In this document: piece by piece, positions 1 to 14,652 of the stretch
Layout of the letters: every line of letters starts with the position of its first letter
Position numbering within the stretch: position 1 is the stretch's first letter
Assembly: GCF_009914755.1 (NCBI RefSeq)
Contig: NC_060936.1
Reading direction: 5' to 3' (one strand)
Length of the DNA: 64,000 nt
Source: the human T2T-CHM13v2.0 reference genome, Homo sapiens
Translations under genes and position numbers: made by a program
The notes under the pieces: model-generated
What the model saw: only the letters and a program-made list of their open reading frames with translations
Databases searched by the model: none
What the model was told of the DNA's origin: nothing

Positions 1-414
1 TGATTTTTAATGTCCTTTTAAGCTAAAAAGCATTACCTCCATTCTAAGGAGGTAATGCTTGCTATCTTTTTGAAAGCGCAGTACTTTCAGAGGATAATCA
101 TTAAGATGTGGTGATTCTCATCTTAAACAGTACAACAAAGTGTATATTTCTTGAGCCCTCATTTATATATAATAATGGTGTAAATGGTGTTTATTAAACT
201 AATGGGTAAATGGTGTTTATTAAACTATGTTGACATTTGTTAAACTCCCCATGTTAAGGCTGAGAGAGCCTGGGAACCAATGAATAAGAATTCCAAAAAA
301 ATCACATCACATTATGCCATTTTCTCTGAATTTTCTCTTTTTCACAGAATCCTATTTGTTAAAACCCTAGCTTCATGCTATTCTTTCTCAGTTGTCCACC
401 ATTTCAGATTCATT

Positions 415-830
415 GTATTCATTAGGCATGACAGGCACATAGCTTAGGTCCTAGTAGCTTTTTAAAGGTCCTTTGGAAATATTTGAGCCCTGAAAACAAA
501 TGATGTCTTCCAAAGTCCAAAAATAAAACCATAAAACCAGCATTGATAAATGTTTAATGAAATGCCTACAAAATATAATATTAAGTCAACTTCATTAATT
601 GTTAAAATTAGTATTCATAAAATTTTCATAATATTTGGAAATAAACTGTAATTTAGATTTCTCTTTTTGTAAGAATTTCTGAGTATGCAAAATGATTATC
701 ATAAAATTATAACCAATTGTAAATTCAGTGAGATGCTTAGCCAAAGAATTTCAAGAGCAAAGTTACAGGAAATCCTTTCATAATTTTGTACTAAAAAATT
801 GAATTTATATGTAATCTGTGAAAACTTTAA
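415..830. mobile_element. Old DNA-transposon relic, hAT-Tip100 (Zaphod-like)
   Basis: CATTAGGCATGACAGGCACATAGCTTAGGTCC...AAAGGTCCTTTGGAAATATTT resembles the remembered Zaphod/MER115 terminus and is followed by an AT-rich internal-type sequence. Diverged, ends uncertain. Confidence 0.35.
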
Positions 831-1860
831 TACGTTGTTTATTAGGTATAAAAATCAAATAACAATCACTAACATTTATCAGATGTTCATTATGTGCCAA
901 ATATTATTCTAAGATCTTGTTCATTATGAATGTGCTATTGATTTTTTTCTCTCTCCCTCTACTCCATATCTAATCAATCTCCAGCCAGACATTTCACTTG
1001 TATTTTTTCCTTAAATCCATCCGATTACTTTTCTCTCCATTGACACCTGCCCGTCCTCCAACTCAGAATCCCAGTATCTTTTGACTCAACTACTTCAAAA
1101 GTCCTCCTGCATCCCCTCCTGTCTCCAGTGGTAGAGTAAACCTATAAAAGGGAAATTCTGCTTTAAGCCTTTTCATGGCTCCAATTACTATTATGATAAA
1201 GTATGAAATCCTAAACATGACCTCAAGTCTCACCCTTTTGCAACCAGTCTGTTTTCAGGGGCCCCTCTTTATGCTATACCCAGAGAAATTGAACATCCTC
1301 CATAGCCTCCTGCCTCAGGGACAGGACAGGAGCCCTGAGGTTTGCGCAGGGCGGGTGTGTCTGATACAGGGAGGCACTGGCAGTAGAGTAAGACCCATAT
1401 GAATCTGAGGCTACTGTCAAAAGGAGGGCATGAGTTCCCACTGGGAGGGAAAGGAAGGAACACTTATTGAGGCATGGCAACACTTGCAGGGCCTGGCTAG
1501 GTGTTGGACATGCACCGTCTCATTGAATACTCCTAACAGCCTGTGAGGTTGATCTTATGATTGTGTGCACAGATGAGATGTGCAGGGCAGCACAGCTAGT
1601 GAAAATTAGACTTGGAATTTGAAACTTGACTCTCAAGCCAGTGTTTTTCCACGCACCATGCTGTTCTGCCTTGTTGTTTCATCACTGTTATAACCCCAGT
1701 CTACCACAGAGTCTCAAGACAAGGAGTATCTACCCAATAAATGTTGGGTGAATTTGGAATGTCAGAGTAAGTCACCTTTAGTCTAGGGGCTTTTCCTTTG
1801 AAGAAAAACACTGTTTTCATCCTGGGAGTTGAAACAGGTTTTGCAGAGGCTTTGTGACCT

Positions 1861-1920
1861 TATCCATCTATCTATGTATATATCTATGTATCTGTGTATC
1901 TCTCTATCTATCTATCTATC

Positions 1921-1962
<42 letters not shown>
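1861..1962. repeat. (TATC)n/(GATA)n tetranucleotide STR
   Basis: Interrupted TATC array including (ATCT)10 at 1921-1960. Confidence 0.97.
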
Positions 1963-2026
1963 TTATGTATAGGTAACTATATTCTAGAGGTTTGAGACCA
2001 TACTAGTAGGATACTGTTATGGATAC

Positions 2027-2028
<2 letters not shown>

Positions 2029-2078
<50 letters not shown>

Positions 2079-2419
2079 AGATATTAGAAATATATCATAT
2101 TAAATATATATCTGATATATGTATCATATATATCTTATATATGTATCTCAGATATATATCTGATACATATGTGATATCTGATATAAAATCATATACATCA
2201 TATATGAAACATATGATAATGATATATATAATATAGATGTATATATTATATATGTATAATATGTATATATACATATATTATATGTATTATGTATATATGT
2301 GTATATATTGTGTATATATACAATATATAGATGTATATTATATATAGATGTATCCATAACAGTATCCTACTAGAATGTATATATATAACATATCCTACTA
2401 ATATATACACACATACACA

Positions 2420-2453
<34 letters not shown>
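2029..2453. repeat. Compound microsatellite: (CA)24, TA-rich low-complexity block, then (CA)n
   Basis: (CA)24 at 2029-2076, degenerate TA/TG/CA mix at ~2085-2400, AC run at 2421-2453. Confidence 0.97.
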
Positions 2454-2456
<3 letters not shown>

Positions 2457-3538
2457 TTCCAGCATGTCTGTTATGAAGTGTTTACTCAGAAGTAAAATTT
2501 AGCAGTTTTTCAAATATGATGACATAGTATTGCAGTGGCTTTTAAAAAGTACCTGGGTACATTGTTTAGTTTAGTTTTTATTAGCATGTATATATAAATA
2601 TTTTAAAATGTTCTCTCGAGCGGGCAGGTAAGCACTTGGAGGCTTGCCTGGCAGCAGCTTACCAGCAGCCAATGGATTTCTCATGCCAAAAGCTCCTTCT
2701 TTCAGCAAAGGAACAGATGAGCGTCCAGATGATAGCCACATGTGTGAGAGGCGGATGTCAGCCTCCATCAAAGTTCCTCAGAAGCTCACCCATCATTGTA
2801 GCTTTCTTTGTTGCTTTCTGTATATGTGGTTTAAAAAATCTTTTTAAAGATGTAACAAAGACTTATGACACTTTTAGATCAGTTCTTTGACTTACAATAG
2901 AAACCAGTGATGGCTTCAAACGGTCATCCCCAGCATTGTTTCCTGATTGTTAAAGTTAACAACTAGGAATATTTATTTGTGTAAGCGAGTATTTTCTCCC
3001 TATAGAAAGTCTTCAATACAGACCTTTGATTATATTTTATTCCCAATAAATTATAATTTAGAACATAAAATATTTTAGATGAGACATGGGACAGGAGGAG
3101 GGGTGTGGCTACCCGGGAGGTGAGTATAGGCACTTACCTGGTCTAAAGAGAAGACATCGGGGATCTGCACTTTGATTCTGGTTCCTGGACTTTACCTATC
3201 CCACCTAAATCAGGTTCTGCTAGAACCCCTAGCTCACTAGAGATGGTGGCTGCTAAAAACTGTACTACCCTGAGATGTGTGAGAATAGTCGAATGGAAAC
3301 TGTGATGTTCTCTAAGTGAATGCATGTTTGTTGGAGGTAATGCGGAGCAGGGAATGGGATTCCCAGGAATATGGACCTGGATAGAGGCATCTTATTCTGC
3401 TGTTTTCTAGCATGTGACCTTGACCAAGTTTTCTGACCTCTTAGATCTTAGCTTTTTTTTTTTTAAATCTATCAATGGAGATCGTAATATTAATACTTTC
3501 CTTTGTGCTGCTGCAAGAAACAAATTAAATAAACCATG

Positions 3539-3999
3539 TGTATTAGACTCTCAGGGATGCCATAACAAATTACCGTAAGCAAAGTGGCGTAAGACAACAG
3601 AAGTGTATTTACTTTACTCTCAGAGTAAAGGCTACTCTGGAAGCTAGAAATCTGAAATTAAGGTGTTTGGCAGGGCCATGCTCTGAAGGAAACTTTCCTT
3701 GCCTCTTCCAGCTTCTGGTGGCTACTGGCAATCCTTGGTTTTCCTTGGCGTTCCTTGGCTTGTGGCCACATAGCAACAATCTCATCCTCCATCTTCACGT
3801 GGCCTTCTTTTCTGGGTATACATGTGTCTCACATCTCTCCTTTGTGTAAGGACATCAGTCATAGGATTTAGGGCCTATCCTAATTCAGTATGACCTCATG
3901 GTTTACCTTTATTATATCTATAAAGATTTTATCTCCAAATAAGATCTCGGGGTTAGGACTTCAACATAGCATTCTGGAAACACAGTCCAATACACAACA
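3539..3999 (-). mobile_element. MLT1-type (ERVL-MaLR) solo LTR nested in a MIR
   Basis: Begins TGTATTAG (reverse complement of the MaLR ...CTAATACA end) and ends ...ACACAACA. Internal MLT1 motifs include GGCAGGGCCATGCT, GCCTCTTCCAGCTTCTGGTGG and GGGGTTAGGACTTCAACAT. MIR sequence lies on both sides (~3370-3538, 4000-4050). Confidence 0.85.
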
Positions 4000-4860
4000 G
4001 TATGTAAAAATGCTTAGTACAGTGACAGTACATATATATATATATTTAATAGCCTATTGCATTTTCATTTTTAGATATGTGAAAAATTCATCTTGATAAC
4101 GGAAAGCTTTCTTAGAAATCATTTTTGTGAGCTTCAGTTTATTCATGTTTTCCTTATATTTCATAGTTTTATAGAGTCATAGATTCCGACTTTTCAGACT
4201 TCAAAGGTCGCTCAGTACAGCTACCCATCCAGCTGGTTTGGAGTATTCTCTGCATCTTTAACAAGTTGTTCTTTAGCCCCTGCTTCCCTTTCTAGCTCCA
4301 GGATAAGGAACACAGAACCATTCAAAGAACCTATTTTACCTTCTAGTGTCAGTAAGTCTTCTGTCTCTTAAGTCCAAATCTGTCTCCTTTAATTTTAGTC
4401 ACTAGTTCCAGGTCTCCAGCTGGAAGTAACATAAGAACCAATTCAATTCTTCTTCCCCATCTCTGCCTCTCACCTAGTTCAAGTCAGTTATCACGACCGT
4501 GATAACCATAACCCTCATGGTTCCCCGCTGATCAGCCCAGTTTCCCCGGCTGGGCTTTTTTTTTTTTTTTTTTTTAATATGGTCGCAAGTTCCTTCAACA
4601 TTCTGGTTATGATTTTATTAATAGATTTTAATTTGTCTATAACAAATAATATGATTTGCCTTGTCAGGTAAATCGCAGAGTGGAATCCTTTGGAGGCCTC
4701 AGTTCTGACACAGACTGAGGAAATGGGCGCTGGCAGTGGTTCAGCTGGACCTGAGAGTGGACCCCAGGCTGACCCAGTTGGATTGAGCAGTGGTCTGGGA
4801 AGGGGGCTCTGGGGCCCAGTGACTCCAGAAGAATTTGTGGTATTTTAAAAAATGCAAACA

Positions 4861-5228
<368 letters not shown>

Positions 5229-5477
5229 AATTAGAGACTACGGTATGCAAGGCATTGTGAATTTTACAATCTCAGGGTACAAGGCATGTGTGCAGGATTT
5301 TAACTCATTGACACACACGCATTCACTCATGAAACAAAAAATACAGCTTATGGGATACAGTGCATTAAAAAAGACAAAGATGGCTTGTATCTGTCCTACT
5401 TAAATATCTTGGTTAATTTGAAGATTAAATGATGTAATGTATGAAAACAACATTAGCAAGTGTTAGCAGACACTGCA

Positions 5478-5705
5478 ACTCACTGTGCGCCAGATTGTTC
5501 CACAAGCTTTACATGTGTTCACTTATTTAATCTTTCTAACAAGTCTATGTGGTACATGCTAATAATATAACCAGTTTTCAAAAGGGGGAACTGAAGCTTA
5601 GGATGGCTGAATGACTTACTCAATCATATGACTAGTCACTGGAGGAGCTAGGATTCAAATACAGCCAGTCTAACTTGAGAATTTGTTCTCATAACCACTG
5701 TACTA
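5478..5705 (-). mobile_element. MIR SINE
   Basis: ATTTAATCTT...GGGAACTGAAGCTTAG...GAGCTAGGATTCAAATACAG...AACCACTG, the MIR core in reverse orientation. Confidence 0.7.
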
Positions 5706-6108
5706 TATTACTACTCTTAAAAACATGTAAAGATATACATTAATCTATTCATACAGTATGTTACCACATCATTACAAAATGATGTATCTTGCATGAAAAT
5801 GGAATTGCTGGCATTAGGCAAGCTTTGTTCATTCTGGGGCTTTATATTTACTTGATTATTTTAGTCTAAAATCATCAAATTAGGTATGAGATGGCCACAT
5901 TAGGATAGTCAAATTATTTTAGTTACTAAAAAGTCCAGATTATATTCTGGGTGTTTTGTACAATATTAAGATAAGTTCTGTACTTGGCTTTAGAAAAATA
6001 CTTGGGTGTAAAAAAAATGTTTTTCTCTTACTTTTTAGGTTACCATCTTGAAAGAAAAATAAGAAAGCATTGTTTTTTTTTTTTTAGAACATAGAAATTA
6101 TATTCTTT

Positions 6109-6439
6109 GAGATCATGTCCTTTGCAGGGTCATGGATGAAGCTGGAAGCCATCCTCCTCAGCAAACTAACACAGGAACAGAAAACCAAACACTGCCTGTT
6201 TAAGTGGGAGTTGAACATTGAGAACACATGGACATAGGGGACACAGGGAGGGGAACAGCACACACCGGGGCCTATTGGGGGTGAGGGGCGAGGGGAGGGA
6301 ACTTAGGGGATGGGTCAATAGGTGCAGCAAACCATCATGGCGCACTGATACCTATGTAACAAACCTGCACGTTCTGCACATATATCCTATTTTCTTTTCT
6401 TTTTTTTTAAGAACTGAAGAAAAACAAAAAATAAAAACA
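6109..6439 (+). mobile_element. 5'-truncated L1 3' end (L1PA11-13 class, L1PA12-like)
   Basis: GAGATCATGTCCTTTGCAGGG...GTAACAAACCTGCACGTTCTGCACAT plus an A-rich tail. Perfect 16-bp TSD AGAAATTATATTCTTT at 6093-6108 and 6440-6455. Confidence 0.92.
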
Positions 6440-8212
6440 AGAAATTATATTCTTTTAATTTGAAAATTTTTTCCCATCCTTTGATTGTTAGAGGGTTTAC
6501 TTCCCAAATAAAACCAAAATATACATCATTTGCCTTAAATTCCCTTCTTATTTCTGAAATTTCTTTACTCATAGTCAGGGGATACTCCTGCTGTGAATGA
6601 ATAAGAATTTTTGCTACTTTGTTCCAATTTGAAAAGGAAAACGATTGGTAGAACTGGGCATCTCTCAAATTCTTCCGGTATTTATTCTCCTGACCTTGCT
6701 CTTTAAGGTCACCAATATTTTTGGTGACATTGATAGATGAAGTAGCAGGTGATTCCCAGGGATGGATATGTTGTTCCATATCTAATTGATTGTGGCACAA
6801 AAGCCTTTTATGTTTCTGTCCCATGACCAAGGAGAGGTAAAGAGATTATACTCCGTGCTCTCACAATATGTGGGAAATCAGTATTGGAGGAACTATCCAC
6901 ACTGGGGGTGGTTGGATAGATAGGGATTGAAAGTAGGATTGTTTATGTCTCCCTCTTAGCTTTCTTTACCAGAACATTAATTAGATGTGAAGCTAATAGA
7001 ATACAGTATATGCTATAGGGAAAGAATATGACCTATCATGAACATGGGTTCTTGAATTAGATTCCTTGGATTCAAATAATATTTTATTGCTTCATAGGTA
7101 TGTGTCCATAAACAAGTTACTTAATTACTCTGGGCTTTGATTTCCTTATCTACCAAATAAGAATACCAAAAGTGGCCATTTCATGGCTTATCATTGGGAT
7201 TATCAGCTAATTCTTATAAAATAGAATAGTAACTGACACATGGCAAGCTCTCAATGAATGTTAGTGATCACTATTGTTATCAACAAAGAATACTATTATT
7301 TTTGCTTCTTTTTATGTCTGGCAAACTACTACTCATCCTTGAATGTTCCGTTGTCTCTTCTGTGAAGTCTTCTCTGACAGTCATTTGCTCCTCTTTGTAA
7401 CTTCCATACTAAATTGCCTGCAACAATTACAAAAATTCTTCCAACAAGAATAAAACTTCATGGTCCACAGCAAGAATAAAAATTCTTCCAAGAATATGCT
7501 TGTTGTATATTTTTCATCTCCACTACTTGCAAACTCTCAGATATCAGAAATTACTTAATTATGTAATTATTTTAGAAAGCAATGCTCAGCACAGCACTTA
7601 CTATATTAGGCATCTGTGATTGGTAAATAAATAAAAAATGAGAGGATGCTGAACTATAACATGGTCTTTGCTATATCATTGTCTATTCTTGGTTCTAAGT
7701 ATACTGCCAAATTAAAGTTCATTGCCAGAATCTGTTATTGGCAAGAGCAAGGCAACTGAATTACCATAAAGAAGGTTATCAGAGTAAAATTGAAGATATG
7801 ATTTTGGAATTACACTTACTTTTGGCAAAATGATACAAGACCATACAAATAATAAAATTTATAACTAGTTTTCCCATCTCTAATCTCAATGCTGTTGAAT
7901 CATTTCTATTTCGTTCTAACAGATTATTCTTTCTAAAGCACTGCTTTCAAGATTTTTTTTCTGCTCCCAGACCTACAATGTTTTGTCATACCTAGTGAAA
8001 ATTATACTAGCTAAAAATTTTGAGTGGTTATTTGGTACCAGGTACTCTGCTAAGCATTTCCATCTTTATCTTATATAATCAACCCAGGTATTCTCTTAGA
8101 AAGGAAACTCAGTGAGAATGGACCCTTATCTTTTTAAGTCAATACTCTTCCCAGATTAATGCCTGATTAATGCTCTCGATGGTACTGAATGAATAAGTTA
8201 GGCACTATTATT

Positions 8213-8334
8213 TTTATTTATGTATTTATTTATTTATTTTGAGACAGAATTTTGCTCTGTTGGACAGGCTGAGTGCAGTGACATGATCTCGGCTCACTGC
8301 AGCCTCCGTCTCCGGGGCTGAAGCAATTCTCCTG
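8213..8334 (-). mobile_element. Severely 5'-truncated Alu (3' end of right arm only)
   Basis: (TTTA)n tail followed by GAGACAGAATTTTGCTCTG...GCAATTCTCCTG. Perfect 16-bp TSD GTTAGGCACTATTATT at 8197-8212 and 8335-8350. Confidence 0.92.
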
Positions 8335-8769
8335 GTTAGGCACTATTATTATTCCCTTTTTATAAATTAGAAATATAAGAAACAGCAATTGACCCGGAGA
8401 ATAAAAGGCAGAGTTAGGATTTTAACATATGTGGTCTGTCTTCCTCTTCTACAGATAGATATTAATATCCTAAAGGTTATACTTCACCCTTTTCAGCCTA
8501 GCATTTGAGTAAGGAGCAGCAAACTCTGACTGCAGAAAGCTTCAGACAGGCTGCTGAAACTTTTGAACTTGCCGGGTTTATTTCCAGTGACAAGTGTTTG
8601 CCCTCCCTAGATCATCTTTGCATTTTTTCTAATTGTGTTCTATGTATTGACTTTGTCGTTCCAAATAGATTGCAGCTCTTGGAAGGCAGTATGTTATCCT
8701 AGTCTTTATTATTTTTCACTGGCCTAATTCAAGTGGCTAAGCTTTACATTTCTGAAACAAATAAGTATT

Positions 8770-9975
<1,206 letters not shown>

Positions 9976-11165
9976 AGAGAATAAAAAAAAATTAATAGGT
10001 GGATCTAGGTATTAAAGAGATAGATCATACGTATCTATTTAGTTCCTTACTTATTTACCATCTTGGTCCACAAAGGATTTGAAACATTTTATAAAGGGAA
10101 CACATGTTATAAATAATGATAAAATAGACATACAGAGTAGGGAAGAAGGGAAATATAAGCAGAAGTAGAAAGTCACATACTGGGTAGAAAAAATATATGC
10201 AGGTGATTAGACTCTAAGTAGTTACTATTATTCAGACTTAGATTTGTCTCTGAGAAAAAAAGTGAGTCTTGGTCAGTTACTTAGTTTTTATTATCAGATC
10301 AGAGGAAGCATAACTATCCTTCAGAAGAAGCAAACTTTTTCAGGCCTTAGGTTTTAAAAGAAATTCTTCACAATGAGGCTCAGAGGAGGGTGCACTAGAG
10401 AATGGAGTGAGAATTCTGATTCAGTTTCAGTGAAGAGCCTTCTTAGGAAAGGACTATGCTAAATAGACATAAAATGCTTGTAGAGTAATTCAAAGAATTC
10501 AAACTTTTCAATAGGACCTACCCCTGAGGATTTCTTTTCTAAGCTCAAATTCTTCTTAAGGACTTTCCTGGATGATACTGACAGTCTTCAGTGGACAGCC
10601 CAAGCTACCAGTCTTTTAGGTGGATTTAGCCACCATTATTAACATTAAGGCCAATGGTCTATACGAATTTCCTACTTAATGTGTGATAATGAAGGTCTTG
10701 GTTTTTTCTAAAAGCTCAGAATTGATTTTGGGTTCAAATTTCTAAACCAGACTACTTTGCTTTTTTCCCTTCCCCTCCTTCAATATTTCATTTCTTAAAA
10801 AATTCTTCCCATGTACCCCCAGAGACAAGTTCTTTGCAGGACCATGTGCTGTGGCATTTATGATGAAGAATATGCACTCCTACAATTGTATACAGACGAG
10901 GTTATCTTGAACTTTGGGCCATGTTTCAAGACACACATGTTTATTTAGACATCGGGCTTATCTAGTAATTTTTTGAAAATTGGAGAGCAGGTCTCTGTTT
11001 CTCTGAGATAGATCTATAGAAGATTTTGTCTACAATCTGTGATTAAAGATAGAGTTAATAATTTGAACATGGAATCTTTTCTTAAAATATGTAACAAATG
11101 TAGGAAGACAATTTTACAACAAAGAGCTCTGCTCAAAGTTCTAATGAAATTTCTTCTTATAAAAA

Positions 11166-12960
<1,795 letters not shown>

Positions 12961-13251
12961 ACAATGAGATAGGAAGAGATTCATTTCTTTTATGAACTTA
13001 AGAAAACATCTTGTGAAGCTGAGATTTTGAGAAAAGAAATGAGGTAGTCTTTTGATAAATTGAGATAAAGAGGTTATTAGATATGTGTTTTAGCACACTT
13101 CCATTTCTGCTCATTACATACTCTTTTTCCTAATAAATTTCAAAGATTACAAAGCAACAAGAAACATTACAGAGAAAGGTTTCCTGTTTTGACCGATTTT
13201 ACATATTTCTTTATTTTTTTACCAGATTGCTTCATCATTATTTTCCCTGTC

Positions 13252-13617
13252 TGATATATTTGGATGTGTCCCCAACCAAATCTCATCTTAAATTGTAACT
13301 TCCGTAAATCCCACATGTCATGGGAAGAGCCCAGTGGGAAGTGATTGGATTATGGGGCAGATCTTTTCTGTGCTGTTCTTGTGATAGTGAATGAGTCTCA
13401 TGAGATCTGATGGTTTTAAAAACAGGAGTTTCCCTGCACAAGCTCTCTCTTTGCCTGCAGCCATCCATGTAAAATGTGACTTGCTCCTCTTTGTCTTCCA
13501 CCATGATTGTGAGGCCTTTCCAACGACGTGGAACTGTAAGTCTATTAACCTCTTTCTTTGGTAAATTGCCCAGTCTCAGGTATGTCTTTATCAGCAGTGT
13601 GAAAACAGACTAATACA
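13252..13617 (+). mobile_element. THE1-family (THE1A/B) solo LTR, ERVL-MaLR
   Basis: TGATAT...CTAATACA termini, GTGATAGTGAATGAGTCTCATGAGATCTGATGG core. 5-bp TSD CTGTC/GTGTC (4/5). Confidence 0.93.
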
Positions 13618-14353
13618 GTGTCTATCCAGGCAATAGGATGAAAAGTCCCTGTTCATAAAGTCCTCTCTTCCACTGGAAGATGTTAAGGAACATCAGAGAG
13701 TGAGGGTTTGGTGCCTGTTGTCAGAGGACCAATGTTTCAATTATTGCTTTGGGTAAGTTAGGGAACTTCTGAGTTTTCTTATTTCTAAAAACGGAAGAGG
13801 AGATGATCTCATCTTCCTCTTTGGGCTGTTTTCAGGCTTAAGTGAGTTAATATGAAGGAAGGGGCCCAGCCTTTACATAGATGTTTGGGAAAGAGTCACC
13901 AAGACAGAAGGGAGAAATTACAGCATTTGTATAGAAAACAATATGGCATATTCTAGTTTCAAGTATTGCTATTTTTGAAACCAGCAGAACCATTGTATAT
14001 TATAGGTTCTCTTCACAGGTTTTAAGTTACACTCTTCTTAATAGTATAATTGCATCCATTCACTCATTATTCATTTATTCACTCACTTAAATATTTATTG
14101 GTACCTAATTTGGGTCATGACACAGTTTTAGGTATTGGGTGTGAGAACATGAGCAATATGTAGAATGTTGAATTTTATATGCAGCTGAATTATCATATAA
14201 ATGTGAAGGTTTGGTTATGTGTCTCAGAATATTTACTATACAGAGACCATCTCTGAAAGAATTCTTAGAGGATATAGAACAAGAAGATGAGAAATGAATT
14301 GAGGGGGAGAGATAAAATATATCAAGTTAGGTTATATTAAAATTCAGTAAAAT

Positions 14354-14652
14354 GGCCAGGTGCAGTGCCTCACACCTGTAATCCCGGCACTTTGGGAGGC
14401 TGAGGCAGGGGCATTGCTTGAGCCCAGGAGTTCAAGACTAGCCTGGGCAACATAGTGAGACCCTGTCTCTACAAAAAATAAAAAGATTAGCTGACTATGG
14501 TGGCATGTGCTTGGATTCCTAGCTCTTTGGGAGGCTGAGCCAGGAGGGTTGCTTGAGCCCAAGAATTTGAGGCTATAATGAGCTATGATCATGCCACTGT
14601 GCTTCAGTCTGGGCAACAGAGCAAACTGTGTCTCTAGAATAAATAAATGAAT
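14354..14652 (+). mobile_element. AluJ, full length
   Basis: J diagnostics TTGCTTGAGCCCAGGAGTTC, GGGCAACATAGTGAGACCC and GAGCTATGATC. Decayed tail. Confidence 0.92.

Noticed and set aside
180-227. Spaced direct repeats (also at 34018, 38855, 54869) as CRISPR-like arrays
   Set aside because: Only two or three units, no regular unique spacers, no cas genes, and the context is human.
2148-2452. ORFs rich in Y/I/C/V
   Set aside because: Translations of TA/CA microsatellite sequence.
3117-3140. Back-to-back consensus splice donors (GAG|GTGAGT on +, CAG|GTAAGT on -)
   Set aside because: No convincing partner acceptor or reading frame, and isolated donor 9-mers are expected by chance.
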